DNA from: Eledone cirrhosa
Lineage: Eukaryota
Direction of reading: 5' to 3'
Assembly (NCBI GenBank): GCA_964016885.1
Contig: OZ024740.1
Coordinates: 388,802,001 to 388,866,000 of the forward strand
Length of the DNA stretch: 64,000 nt
Shown: positions 42,560-56,827 of the stretch, piece after piece
Position numbering within the stretch: position 1 is the first letter of the stretch
Layout of the letters: the number at the start of each line of letters is the position of its first letter
The notes under the pieces: model-generated
The model's input: the letters and a program-made list of their open reading frames with translations, nothing else
Told to the model about the DNA's origin: nothing
Databases searched by the model: none
Made by a program: the position numbers and the translations under genes

Positions 42560-42655
42560 ACCCCTTGATAAGTTCAGCTAGATCACTACCGTCCTAACAC
42601 TACTGGGTTAGTTCAGATCTAGCTGTCGAAACGACCGGAGCTCCGCCGTCGGGGT
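42560..42655 (+). ncRNA. Type I hammerhead ribozyme, U3-A8 core (intact family A copy; element continues to 42750)
   Basis: acccc UUGAUAA gtt cagctagatc..gatctagctg tc GAAAC gaccggagctccgcc GUC ggggt. Confidence 0.78.
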
Positions 42656-42770
42656 CCTGACTCTTTTCCTATTACCCACTCTACTACGCTAAGTATCAAG
42701 TACTCTGGTGCGTTATGGTCCACCTGGTTCCTTACCACACTTCCTTCGTTTATATATATATATATATATG

Positions 42771-42949
<179 letters not shown>

Positions 42950-43374
42950 GGTTGAGCGGTGCACACTAGCTTCACCAATCCTGGCTAATCAACCAGGATA
43001 ATGACTAATATCAATGTGCCTGTAGTTCCAGTCAACTGCGATATGCATAATAAATACAAGACTAACGCAATTATACTGTGATCACATCAGTAAATATTTG
43101 TTGTCAATTATGTACCTATAAATCTACAACCAAATACTATCTCTATATTTAGTTAACGTCTCGATGCTGTTCAATATATTGACAATAATTGTAAATGTAA
43201 ACGTTAACATTTCATGAAAACTACATAAACTATATTGTGCAAATATGAAAATAAATATTGGCATATAAAATTAAATTCTGTGGTCGAATCAATACTATAT
43301 ATCATATTGATATATGAACGTTGGTATCGGGATAGTTTTTGACATCCTAATAACATTCAACTATATTTAAGATA

Positions 43375-44600
43375 TACTAGCAGTGATACCAGCGTTGCAC
43401 GGGATAAGGTATTTTGGAACGCGGGCCGCCAACAGACCTAATCGTGGAAAAACTGCATGCCTGGACAAATATGTAAAGAAAATAGACCGAATACTCTGAT
43501 GGCTGGATAATCTTTAAGATTTTCGTCGATGAAACAGGAAAAATGCAGGTTTTCACCTAATGCGGGCCCTAAGGGATCAAGAAAATAATTTTTTTATGTG
43601 CATAATATGCCTTGAAATTTCGGGAAAATCGGCTAGACGTAACGTCTCAAAAAAGCCCTAAACAGCTGAAAAAATGAAGTTTTTCACCTAGGCCATAAAA
43701 AAGTTGGATTTTCTCACGGTATGAAGAAGAGACTGACTAATACATAGTTACAACTTCAAGGAAATCGGTCTGATGTAGCACCTCAAAAAACCCATAAAAA
43801 GCTGAAAAAACGCAGTTTTTCACCTAATGAAGGCCCTAGGAGATCAAAAAGTTGAATTTTATGTGGATAACACTCCCTGAAACATAAGTAATACACATGT
43901 AAAGTCTGAAAAAAATCGGTTGGGTACTTCTCGAGTTTTAGAGATTCAAACTCACAGACACACACACACACAGACAGCATCCTCAGTTTTATATATATAG
44001 ACTAGTAGAATGGCCCGGCGTTGCTCGGGATTTGCTCTAGGGTTCTTATATATTTGATATATATTTATCCTTATCGAGCCTCGTGAAATAAATACGTTTG
44101 TTTATATTTTGTTATTGTGTACACGAATATATAATTATATATATATATAAATATATATATTAAAATAACGGATTCAAGTTTAAGCAAAGAATCGTTGCTT
44201 TCACCCTTACGGGATCTTCTGAAACTAAAAAAATCAATCTGTGAACGCAGGAGTAAATATTTCGAAAACGTTACACACTATATACACACACACACACACA
44301 ACGGCATAATGTCGTAATGCAGACAGCCAGACATACAGACAGATAATATAAGGGCGCAACGTTATATCTATGTATCTATCTAAAAAGAAAGACTAAGAAT
44401 TATAGAGAGATCTCTAAATCGTCTAATGCGGTCTGTAGGGCATTGAAGATTTGAAATATTGTTTGCTCAAAACACACACAGGACCATAAGTATTACATGT
44501 GTAAAGTTTGAAAACAATCGGTTGGGTGGTTCTCGAGTTTTAGGGAGTCAGACAGACAGACAGACAGACTGACAGACATTCTCTGTTTTAGATATATAGA
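43375..44600 (+). mobile_element. Two adjacent non-autonomous Helitron/Helentron-like elements (Lep1/HINE-like); the second contains family B pieces
   Basis: 5' actag..cgttgc(a/t)cggg at ~43375 and ~44001. 3' ttctcgagttttag..(acag)n..ttttatatatag at ~44000 and ~44600. Confidence 0.6.
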
Positions 44601-44771
44601 CAAGGCCAGCAATTACCCAGTACATTACTGGTACTTTATTTTATCGACCCCTTGAGGATGAAAGGCAAAGTTAACCTCGGCGGTATTTGAACTCAGACCA
44701 TAAAGGGACGTAACTCCATGCTATGAAGCATGGTGTCCGACTCTCTACAGATTCTGCCAATCCACCGCCCT
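44600..44771 (-). mobile_element. tRNA-derived SINE, main family
   Basis: Family motifs, reverse complement. Confidence 0.88.
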
Positions 44772-45686
44772 AATGCCTGTACGTAATGAGGGAGTGAGAG
44801 GGGAGAGAAAGAAAGGCAGAGGTGAAGTGACGAAGTGACTCTCTCCTCCTCCTCCTCCTCCTCCATCTCCCCATTCGTCACAGCGATAGAGGGGAGGAAT
44901 GTTAGTGTGTTACAAAGAGAAAGAGTGAGAGTGAGAGAAACAGACAGACTAAAAGAGAGGGATAGCTGGAGAGAGAGGGAGATAGCAACCACGCGCGCAC
45001 GTGTTTCCACTGTCGGACAGACAGACAGAGAAATTGCTGGTTATATATTATAAGGAGATATTGGAATATTCAATTTCCTGCGCAAATGACCATATTTGCA
45101 ACCGGAAAAAGTAGACAGGTGTGTCTGCAAAAAATCTAACCCTGCATCACTCGGATGCCGAGCGAGTCCGTTAAACCTTAGTCTAAAGTGCCGTTGCTTA
45201 CTAATTTCATCTTTATAGAGGATGTTAAACCTTCAGCTATAAATGTAAGGGAAGCGCTTGAAGCTAGAAAAATAAACAAAGCACTTGACTTAGAAAGTAT
45301 TGGGAAATTTTGATATTTGAAATGTGGGTGTCCCAACATAGATTAATACAATAGTGGTTGATCGTTACAAACAATAATTGTTAAATTGTGTAAATTACTC
45401 ATGGAGACTAAAAGAATATAGCATAGGCGCCTATGAGAAATCGAACCTTGCATACGAAAGATGGCCTGAAAGATTTTCCCTGTAAGACATAAACATAAAA
45501 TTAAGACAACGTATGATAATAAGACAAACTATGATAGTTTGTACCAGTAAAGAAGGCTAACACTCACACAAAACCTAACACTTAAGGAGTGAAACCGAAA
45601 ACGAAACTGCACCTCCCGGACCGGGAATCAAACTCACAATTGAGAACGCTGCAACGCTCTAACCATTATGCCACGAGCCTTTACTA

Positions 45687-45761
<75 letters not shown>

Positions 45762-45825
45762 GAACGACTACGTTTGTGCTAATTTACGCTGGGTCACCCA
45801 CATTTCGAATATCAAATTTTCCCAA

Positions 45826-45950
45826 TACAGTAGAACCTCGCAGTACGAGTGCCCCATTGTACCAGTAATTTGCTGTACGAGTCGAGGCACATTCGAATTT
45901 TTGTTTTGTAGTACGAGTAGAAATCCGCAGTACGAGCGTGTTTCATACAA
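45826..45950 (+). mobile_element. Tigger/pogo-like DNA transposon terminus
   Basis: ta-cagtagaacctcgcagtacgag with repeated gtacgag subterminal motifs. Confidence 0.5.
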
Positions 45951-46091
45951 TTAATAAAACCAGTTTACATATTTCTTTTGCATTCTCTTTTATAATTGTC
46001 ATTTTCTTTGTACCTTTTCTGTCTTAAAACCCATAAAAAATTATTTTTAATAGATTTTAATTTCAAATCTTATATCCATAACATAAATATT

Positions 46092-46157
46092 TCATCTGAT
46101 GGGCGTACTGGACGTTTCTGTTAAGATCGTCTAGTTTCCTGAAACCTTCGGTAATGG
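46092..46157 (+). ncRNA. Degenerate hammerhead (A9 to G)
   Basis: tcat CUGAUGG gcgtactggacg..cgtctagt ttcct GAAAC cttcg GUA atgg. Confidence 0.5.
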
Positions 46158-46399
46158 CATAATTACATTGTGTTGTTTATTATGTGTGGATATATATATA
46201 TATATATATATGTAGATAAATCTACCAAGAGTTTACGGTAGTGTCCAATCCGTATGAAGAACTCAATGTATTCCGGATATCATGGAAAGAAGAGATGTAA
46301 TGAAAATCCACTTTCGGTGAAAGATAAACGGTATACAGAGTCAAGATAAAATATTAAACAAATAATGAATAAACAATTCCTTATATTAAACAAAAAAAG

Positions 46400-46554
46400 T
46401 TCATTATTTAACGATCGTTTCTAGGGCATATATGTGTTATAATTGGTATGCATATTCAACAGATCTATGTACAAAATTATACAAAATTATACAAATTATC
46501 AAGATTAAATATACATACCTAACACATATATACGCCGTCTTCAGAAATAATGAA
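46400..46554 (-). ncRNA. Hammerhead ribozyme with ~115-nt stem II (left arm)
   Basis: Reverse complement of 56828-56982. Confidence 0.8.
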
Positions 46555-47369
46555 GTATATTTATTGATAATAACAACAATTCAAAATATCAGTTCAAAAT
46601 TGACCAATGAAAACACAAAGGGTTAAAAGCAGTTCGGTGTGTGTATATACATGTAAAATCCTTACACATATTTTACAAAAATGTATGTATAACTTGTATA
46701 CGCATACTAAAAAGATGGATGCAAACACAAAATTTCAAGGTTAATATCTCTGTAAGCTTAAAATGCGCTGATAAGATGCGCATTGATACTTATGGAGTCA
46801 AGCATATAAATATATTTTTTCATACTCACACATATCAGTATAATCACACATACATGCGCGTATATGCATAAATATACACATAACCACGAACACACAAACA
46901 CACACACACCCCCACTCACATTTATATATGTGGATATAAAATCATAAGCACATGGATATTAAATCACTCACATAAAACACTGGCACACACATTTCAAGAT
47001 CAAGATACAGAAATTAGGTGGGAGGGGGGGAAGGGTCAGTATTCAATTGTCTGAGCAGACTGCCTAATATAAATGTATCTATAAATTAAGAAAAATAAAA
47101 AAATAAAACAATAAAATATAGTAAATATAATATAATATACATACACATACAGATATATACACATACATACATGTACGCGCACATAGAAATATTTACGCAT
47201 ACACACATAGACACATACATATACAGTCATACACACACATACACTTACACGAACATACACATACACATATATAACGATATATATATATACACACACACAC
47301 ACGCAACACATACACACATACACATATATATAAAAAATAAATAATAAAGATATATATCCATATATATAT

Positions 47370-47416
<47 letters not shown>

Positions 47417-47495
47417 CATACACATACATCTAAATATACATACACATACATACACACATACATGTACATACATGTACATACATATACGCACATCG

Positions 47496-47546
<51 letters not shown>

Positions 47547-47858
47547 TAGACATATAGATACATACACACACAACTTACATACACACATATATATATATAG
47601 ATGTACATTCATACATAGAATTAGATATATAATCATACATACATATGCACCTACTTATACTCATATATATAAATACATACGCTTCCATATATGCGTATAT
47701 ACATAAAAAACACTACAACCTCACCTAACTCAGACATACAAATAAAAATAATAATAAAAAAATAATAAAAAGGCATATGTATATACATACACACACGCAT
47801 TAATAGAGATATATATATATACACACATATATACACATATATATATATACATATATAT

Positions 47859-47899
<41 letters not shown>

Positions 47900-48014
47900 T
47901 ACACTCATACATATATATATATATATATATAAACATATATATCCACACACTCATACCACCATAAATACACATACAAACACCCACATATATATATATATAT
48001 ATATATATACACAC

Positions 48015-48053
<39 letters not shown>

Positions 48054-48343
48054 TAAAAAACAGACATGCACATATATATATATATATATTTTTTTACACT
48101 TATATATACACATATTATATACACATACACAACCTCACTTATACACATATACACATAAGTTATATTATAATAATAAAGAATAATATACATATATATATAT
48201 ACATATACATATATATATATATATATATATACATACATACATACACATACATACATACACATAAACATATACATACATAAATACACACATACGAATAAAG
48301 ACATATATTCACACATAGACACCTATATATATATATATATATC

Positions 48344-48395
<52 letters not shown>

Positions 48396-49526
48396 GACAC
48401 ATATACACACTCACATATATATATGTGTATGTGTGTGTGCGCACATACACATATATACACACACACATACAAACACACACAAACACATACATATGCATAC
48501 GTGCACACACACACACATATATCACATAGATACGAAGATAAACATATAAATAGAGAGACATACATATATATACAACACACATACACATACATACATACAC
48601 ACGCATATACATATACATACATATATATACATATATATATTCCTATATATACAAGCATACACATACATACACATATATACACATACATACACATATACAT
48701 ACAACACATTCACATACACATACATATATAATGCATATATATACATATATATACATACATATGTACACTCATATATACACACGCAATCTTACATTCATAT
48801 TTGCATGCGCATATATGTATTTTTATATTTAGATATAAATACCCAAACCTATATAGACACCTACCTACATATATATTCATACATAGACGCTTACAAATAC
48901 AGATGATAATAGTATGGGGGAAAGGGGGGGTTTGGAGAAGGGGATCAAAGTAAATATATGTTTCAAGAAACATATAATATTTTCCGTATCTTTATTCAAT
49001 GTATGTTCTTACATATTTTCAGTGCTAGGAAATACGACAAACAAGAACTAAGGCAAAATCTATGCATCTCAAAATAAATAAGTATACCATTAATCATATG
49101 TTAACTAAACCAAAGATAGTCAACATATTGATTTCTAAGGTGTAAATTAGTTAGGTTTATAATATTTGAAGCAGAATTTTGAAGTCAAACAGTAGTAGAT
49201 TATTAATTACAGTATAACTAAATTAAAGTTAATAACGTTATGGTATCAATATTAGGAAATGAATTTAGTAATAGGGAAAAGAAACCCAAATAAAAATAAA
49301 ATAAAGTATTACATCGGTAGTAGCATATAAATTATATGTTAACTAAATTAAAAATTATATATTTATTTCAATAGTATATGTTAATTAGTATATGTTAATT
49401 AGGTATACAATACATAAAGCAGATATTGTATTTCATCAATAGCATAATATAATTATATGCAAATAGAAATCAAAATTAATACGCATACATATACATATAC
49501 ATACACATACACATATACATACATAT

Positions 49527-49563
<37 letters not shown>

Positions 49564-50096
49564 TACACATATATACATACATACAGATACACATACACAC
49601 ACACACATACACATACACATATACATATACATATCTTTTTCAAAAAATTGCACAGAATATATTAACTAGGTATATATCCAAAACACATCCCATTCTATGA
49701 TTACATGACATTCTGCAATTCGTCTGTATAAGGATACTAATTTTAAGCAAATTAAAATTAAAATTTTTAGGTTGATTAAAACTAAAACCAAATAATAAAT
49801 ATATTTCCAAAATGTATATTAATTAGGTCTATAATACTAAAAATTATTTCTCTGTCATTGGATACACGATATTATTTTGTTATATTTTATCTGTAAAAGA
49901 GTTATAATAAAAGGTTTAAATAAATTAAAATTAATCTATAAATTAAATTACTAAGTATATATTAGTAATATTTAAAGGTTTTACACAATTTATGATTACA
50001 TAATATTTTATATTCTCATCTGTAATAAAATATTAATTAAATTAAATTTATAGGTTAACTAACATTTAAATTAAATTAATTTCTAGAATAATGTTA

Positions 50097-51704
50097 TTAA
50101 TTAGGTTTATAATATTTAAATGTTTTTTTTAGTTTATGATTACACGATATAATTAATTCCTGTCGTTTATTTAATAAGATATCCTTAGACTTCATTATTT
50201 CAAATAGTTCTTGGGAACATAATCTACATTCCTTTCTATTATTTTGATAAGGGGTGGCTCTTTTGAGCACACTCCAGGTCAAATCATATTTTATATTCTT
50301 ATTTTTATAACTATTGATTTTTTCTGCTAGAGATGTTGTATTAGCCAGTGCGGCATTTTTAAAACTATGCTTGTGGGTATTAAACCTTGTCTTAAAATTG
50401 TTAGAGGTAGCTCCTATATATGAGCAAATAGAATCTTTAGTTTTAACATTACATTTATAGACTATGTTGTTAACAAGACAATTCCCTTTTAATGGGCAGT
50501 TTGCTTTGTTTCTACAGTTACATCCTTTCGTTAATTCTGTATTTGAGGAGATATTATGGTTAATTTGATGTACTGGTGGTATACTTATGGTTTTCTTACA
50601 TTTATATCCATTATATGCACTTATATTTTGTTTTATGTTATTTGTTGTAGAGTATGAGAATTTAACTGTAGACCTATTTAAGATTTGATGGTATTTGTGG
50701 TTTGGCGGGAAGTTTTTCTCAAGGATATAAAAAAATTTTTTAGCAATATTATCCTTAACTTGTAAATTAAAAGGAGCATTATACCAAGTAACTCGTCTAT
50801 TACGGTTTCTATGTTGTTTATTATTTTTATTATTTTTATAGGTTGTATCGTGATTTTTACTAGGAGGATTAATGTTAATGATCTCACCACAACTATTTTT
50901 AGTTATATTTGTAGATTTAGGTGTTTTATCTTTTTTATTAGGAGTTTTATTATTAATATTTATTATAGTTGTATGATGAGTAGTTTTTTGAGGGTTACTA
51001 TACTTTATATTAGAAGATTTAGTATTTTGGGGTATATTGTGGGTGGCATTTAGGTGTGTACTTTTCATTTGGTGTTTGTTGGTAATATTATGCTGTATGC
51101 TTTCAGTATTTTTAGTAGAAGGTATATATTCTAATCTATTTTTGTGGCCACTTCTATCTAGAGCTTCATTATAAAAGGTCGCATTTTTATCAAATACATC
51201 TTGGTTAGAAGAAAGGTTAGAAATTCTAAGTGATATATTATATGCAAGGTTTTTAAGGATAGATTTAGGGTGATTAGATTGTGAGTGTATGTAATGTAAG
51301 TTTTGGTTAGGTTTATGGTAAGGTTGGTAGATACCCGTAGCTAAATCTAAAGTTATATCTAGGAAATTTACTACTTTACTTGTTTTTTCAAAAGTAATAT
51401 TAAGATTATAATAGTCTTTAAGGAAAGTTCTAATATGTTTTTTGTTTTTTTCGATTTCTGAAAGGCTAAGGTTGTTAGAAAGAAGAAGACAGTCATCACG
51501 ATATAAACCACCTTTGAGGTGGGGAAAAGAGGCATTTATGTTGAAAAGGAGAAAGAGGCCCACAAGATCAGTAATTTGGGCGGAATCGCTTGAACCCATA
51601 GTAATATCAAAAAGATTACTGTATGTGTTTCTGGTCCAGTATTCATTCTGAAATTCAATAAGTGTTAGTCTAGCATGTGTAATAATGTTAACATTATTAC
51701 ACAT
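50097..51704 (-). CDS. Penelope-like RT C-half + GIY-YIG endonuclease, 535 aa open frame (left arm, 5'-truncated)
   Basis: FDITMGSSDSAQITDLVG, GLYRDD, VNFLDITLDL, SNHP, CNCRNKANCPLKGNCL, IVYKC..YIGATSNNFKTRFNTH, CRLCSQE. Confidence 0.88.
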   Translation of the reverse strand: MCNNVNIITHARLTLIEFQNEYWTRNTYSNLFDITMGSSDSAQITDLVGLFLLFNINASFPHLKGGLYRDDCLLLSNNLSLSEIEKNKKHIRTFLKDYYNLNITFEKTSKVVNFLDITLDLATGIYQPYHKPNQNLHYIHSQSNHPKSILKNLAYNISLRISNLSSNQDVFDKNATFYNEALDRSGHKNRLEYIPSTKNTESIQHNITNKHQMKSTHLNATHNIPQNTKSSNIKYSNPQKTTHHTTIININNKTPNKKDKTPKSTNITKNSCGEIININPPSKNHDTTYKNNKNNKQHRNRNRRVTWYNAPFNLQVKDNIAKKFFYILEKNFPPNHKYHQILNRSTVKFSYSTTNNIKQNISAYNGYKCKKTISIPPVHQINHNISSNTELTKGCNCRNKANCPLKGNCLVNNIVYKCNVKTKDSICSYIGATSNNFKTRFNTHKHSFKNAALANTTSLAEKINSYKNKNIKYDLTWSVLKRATPYQNNRKECRLCSQELFEIMKSKDILLNKRQELIISCNHKLKKTFKYYKPN

Positions 51705-53282
51705 GCTAGACTAACACTTATTGAATTTCAGAATGAATACTGGACCAGAAACACATACAGTAATCTTTTTGATATTACTATGGGTTCAAGCGATTCCGCC
51801 CAAATTACTGATCTTGTGGGCCTCTTTCTCCTTTTCAACATAAATGCCTCTTTTCCCCACCTCAAAGGTGGTTTATATCGTGATGACTGTCTTCTTCTTT
51901 CTAACAACCTTAGCCTTTCAGAAATCGAAAAAAACAAAAAACATATTAGAACTTTCCTTAAAGACTATTATAATCTTAATATTACTTTTGAAAAAACAAG
52001 TAAAGTAGTAAATTTCCTAGATATAACTTTAGATTTAGCTACGGGTATCTACCAACCTTACCATAAACCTAACCAAAACTTACATTACATACACTCACAA
52101 TCTAATCACCCTAAATCTATCCTTAAAAACCTTGCATATAATATATCACTTAGAATTTCTAACCTTTCTTCTAACCAAGATGTATTTGATAAAAATGCGA
52201 CCTTTTATAATGAAGCTCTAGATAGAAGTGGCCACAAAAATAGATTAGAATATATACCTTCTACTAAAAATACTGAAAGCATACAGCATAATATTACCAA
52301 CAAACACCAAATGAAAAGTACACACCTAAATGCCACCCACAATATACCCCAAAATACTAAATCTTCTAATATAAAGTATAGTAACCCTCAAAAAACTACT
52401 CATCATACAACTATAATAAATATTAATAATAAAACTCCTAATAAAAAAGATAAAACACCTAAATCTACAAATATAACTAAAAATAGTTGTGGTGAGATCA
52501 TTAACATTAATCCTCCTAGTAAAAATCACGATACAACCTATAAAAATAATAAAAATAATAAACAACATAGAAACCGTAATAGACGAGTTACTTGGTATAA
52601 TGCTCCTTTTAATTTACAAGTTAAGGATAATATTGCTAAAAAATTTTTTTATATCCTTGAGAAAAACTTCCCGCCAAACCACAAATACCATCAAATCTTA
52701 AATAGGTCTACAGTTAAATTCTCATACTCTACAACAAATAACATAAAACAAAATATAAGTGCATATAATGCATATAAATGTAAGAAAACCATAAGTATAC
52801 CACCAGTACATCAAATTAACCATAATATCTCCTCAAATACAGAATTAACGAAAGGATGTAACTGTAGAAACAAAGCAAACTGCCCATTAAAAGGGAATTG
52901 TCTTGTTAACAACATAGTCTATAAATGTAATGTTAAAACTAAAGATTCTATTTGCTCATATATAGGAGCTACCTCTAACAATTTTAAGACAAGGTTTAAT
53001 ACCCACAAGCATAGTTTTAAAAATGCCGCACTGGCTAATACAACATCTCTAGCAGAAAAAATCAATAGTTATAAAAATAAGAATATAAAATATGATTTGA
53101 CCTGGAGTGTGCTCAAAAGAGCCACCCCTTATCAAAATAATAGAAAGGAATGTAGATTATGTTCCCAAGAACTATTTGAAATAATGAAGTCTAAGGATAT
53201 CTTATTAAATAAACGACAGGAATTAATTATATCGTGTAATCATAAACTAAAAAAAACATTTAAATATTATAAACCTAATTAA
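51675..53282 (+). CDS. Penelope-like RT C-half + GIY-YIG endonuclease, 535 aa open frame (right arm, 5'-truncated)
   Basis: Identical to the left-arm ORF except NAYK versus NGYK. RT fingers and motif A are absent. Confidence 0.88.
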   Translation: MCNNVNIITHARLTLIEFQNEYWTRNTYSNLFDITMGSSDSAQITDLVGLFLLFNINASFPHLKGGLYRDDCLLLSNNLSLSEIEKNKKHIRTFLKDYYNLNITFEKTSKVVNFLDITLDLATGIYQPYHKPNQNLHYIHSQSNHPKSILKNLAYNISLRISNLSSNQDVFDKNATFYNEALDRSGHKNRLEYIPSTKNTESIQHNITNKHQMKSTHLNATHNIPQNTKSSNIKYSNPQKTTHHTTIININNKTPNKKDKTPKSTNITKNSCGEIININPPSKNHDTTYKNNKNNKQHRNRNRRVTWYNAPFNLQVKDNIAKKFFYILEKNFPPNHKYHQILNRSTVKFSYSTTNNIKQNISAYNAYKCKKTISIPPVHQINHNISSNTELTKGCNCRNKANCPLKGNCLVNNIVYKCNVKTKDSICSYIGATSNNFKTRFNTHKHSFKNAALANTTSLAEKINSYKNKNIKYDLTWSVLKRATPYQNNRKECRLCSQELFEIMKSKDILLNKRQELIISCNHKLKKTFKYYKPN

Positions 53283-53815
53283 TAACATTATTCTAGAAAT
53301 TAATTTAATTTAAATGTTAGTTAACCTATAAATTTAATTTAATTAATATTTTATTACAGATGAGAATATAAAATATTATGTAATCATAAATTGTGAAAAA
53401 CCTTTAAATATTACTAATATATACTTAGTAATTTAATTTATAGATTAATTTTAATTTATTTAAACCTTTTATTATAACTCTTTTACAGATAAAATATAAC
53501 AAAATAATATCGTGTATCCAATGACAGAGAAATAATTTTTAGTATTATAGACCTAATTAATATACATTTTGGAAATATATTTATTATTTGGTTTTAGTTT
53601 TAATCAACCTAAAAATTTTAATTTTAATTTGCTTAAAATTAGTATCCTTATACAGACGAATTGCAGAATGTCATGTAATCATAGAATGGGATGTGTTTTG
53701 GATATATACCTAGTTAATATATTCTGTGCAATTTTTTGAAAAAGATATGTATATGTATATGTGTATGTGTATGTGTGTGTGTGTATGTGTATCTGTATGT
53801 ATGTATATATGTGTA

Positions 53816-53852
<37 letters not shown>

Positions 53853-54983
53853 ATATGTATGTATATGTGTATGTGTATGTATATGTATATGTATGCGTAT
53901 TAATTTTGATTTCTATTTGCATATAATTATATTATGCTATTGATGAAATACAATATCTGCTTTATGTATTGTATACCTAATTAACATATACTAATTAACA
54001 TATACTATTGAAATAAATATATAATTTTTAATTTAGTTAACATATAATTTATATGCTACTACCGATGTAATACTTTATTTTATTTTTATTTGGGTTTCTT
54101 TTCCCTATTACTAAATTCATTTCCTAATATTGATACCATAACGTTATTAACTTTAATTTAGTTATACTGTAATTAATAATCTACTACTGTTTGACTTCAA
54201 AATTCTGCTTCAAATATTATAAACCTAACTAATTTACACCTTAGAAATCAATATGTTGACTATCTTTGGTTTAGTTAACATATGATTAATGGTATACTTA
54301 TTTATTTTGAGATGCATAGATTTTGCCTTAGTTCTTGTTTGTCGTATTTCCTAGCACTGAAAATATGTAAGAACATACATTGAATAAAGATACGGAAAAT
54401 ATTATATGTTTCTTGAAACATATATTTACTTTGATCCCCTTCTCCAAACCCCCCCTTTCCCCCATACTATTATCATCTGTATTTGTAAGCGTCTATGTAT
54501 GAATATATATGTAGGTAGGTGTCTATATAGGTTTGGGTATTTATATCTAAATATAAAAATACATATATGCGCATGCAAATATGAATGTAAGATTGCGTGT
54601 GTATATATGAGTGTACATATGTATGTATATATATGTATATATATGCATTATATATGTATGTGTATGTGAATGTGTTGTATGTATATGTGTATGTATGTGT
54701 ATATATGTGTATGTATGTGTATGCTTGTATATATAGGAATATATATATGTATATATATGTATGTATATGTATATGCGTGTGTATGTATGTATGTGTATGT
54801 GTGTTGTATATATATGTATGTCTCTCTATTTATATGTTTATCTTCGTATCTATGTGATATATGTGTGTGTGTGTGCACGTATGCATATGTATGTGTTTGT
54901 GTGTGTTTGTATGTGTGTGTGTATATATGTGTATGTGCGCACACACACATACACATATATATATGTGAGTGTGTATATGTGTC

Positions 54984-55035
<52 letters not shown>

Positions 55036-55146
55036 GATATATATATATATATATAGGTGTCTATGTGTGAATATATGTCTTTATTCGTATGTGTGTATTT
55101 ATGTATGTATATGTTTATGTGTATGTATGTATGTGTATGTATGTAT

Positions 55147-55178
<32 letters not shown>

Positions 55179-55327
55179 GTATATATATATATGTATATTA
55201 TTCTTTATTATTATAATATAACTTATGTGTATATGTGTATAAGTGAGGTTGTGTATGTGTATATAATATGTGTATATATAAGTGTAAAAAAATATATATA
55301 TATATATATGTGCATGTCTGTTTTTTA

Positions 55328-55400
<73 letters not shown>

Positions 55401-55485
55401 GTGGGTGTTTGTATGTGTATTTATGGTGGTATGAGTGTGTGGATATATATGTTTATATATATATATATATATATGTATGAGTGTA

Positions 55486-55526
<41 letters not shown>

Positions 55527-55840
55527 ATATATATGTATATATATATATGTGTATATATGTGTGTGTATATATATATATCTCTATTAATGCGTGTGTGTAT
55601 GTATATACATATGCCTTTTTATTATTTTTTTATTATTATTTTTATTTGTATGTCTGAGTTAGGTGAGGTTGTAGTGTTTTTTATGTATATACGCATATAT
55701 GGAAGCGTATGTATTTATATATATGAGTATAAGTAGGTGCATATGTATGTATGATTATATATCTAATTCTATGTATGAATGTACATCTATATATATATAT
55801 GTGTGTATGTAAGTTGTGTGTGTATGTATCTATATGTCTA

Positions 55841-55889
<49 letters not shown>

Positions 55890-55968
55890 CGATGTGCGTA
55901 TATGTATGTACATGTATGTACATGTATGTGTGTATGTATGTGTATGTATATTTAGATGTATGTGTATG

Positions 55969-56009
<41 letters not shown>

Positions 56010-56827
56010 ATATATATATGGATATATATCTTTATTATTTATTTTTTATATATATGTGTATGTGTGTATGTGTTGCGTGTGTGTGTGTGTATATATATAT
56101 ATCTTTATATATGTGTATGTGTATGTTCGTGTAAGTGTATGTGTGTGTATGACTGTATATGTATGTGTCTATGTGTGTATGCGTAAATATTTCTATGTGC
56201 GCGTACATGTATGTATGTGTATATATCTGTATGTGTATGTATATTATATTATATTTACTATATTTTATTGTTTTATTTTTTTATTTTTCTTAATTTATAG
56301 ATACATTTATATTAGGCAGTCTGCTCAAACAATTGAATACTGACCCTTCCCCCCCCCCTCCCACCTAATTTCTGTATCTTGATCTTGAAATGTGTGTGCC
56401 AGTGTTTTATGTGAGTGATTTAATATCCATGTGCTTATGATTTTATATCCACATATATAAATGTGAGTGGGGGTGTGTGTGTGTTTGTGTGTTCGTGGTT
56501 ATGTGTATATTTATGCATATACGCGCATGTATGTGTGATTATACTGATATGTGTGAGTATGAAAAAATATATTTATATGCTTGACTCCATAAGTATCAAT
56601 GCGCATCTTATCAGCGCATTTTAAGCTTACAGAGATATTAACCTTGAAATTTTGTGTTTGCATCCATCTTTTTAGTATGCGTATACAAGTTATACATACA
56701 TTTTTGTAAAATATGTGTAAGGATTTTACATGTATATACACACACCGAACTGCTTTTAACCCTTTGTGTTTTCATTGGTCAATTTTGAACTGATATTTTG
56801 AATTGTTGTTATTATCAATAAATATAC

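Noticed and set aside
45612-45679. tRNA gene on the minus strand
   Set aside because: A/B-box-like motifs are present, but the acceptor and anticodon stems do not pair; probably a SINE head relic.
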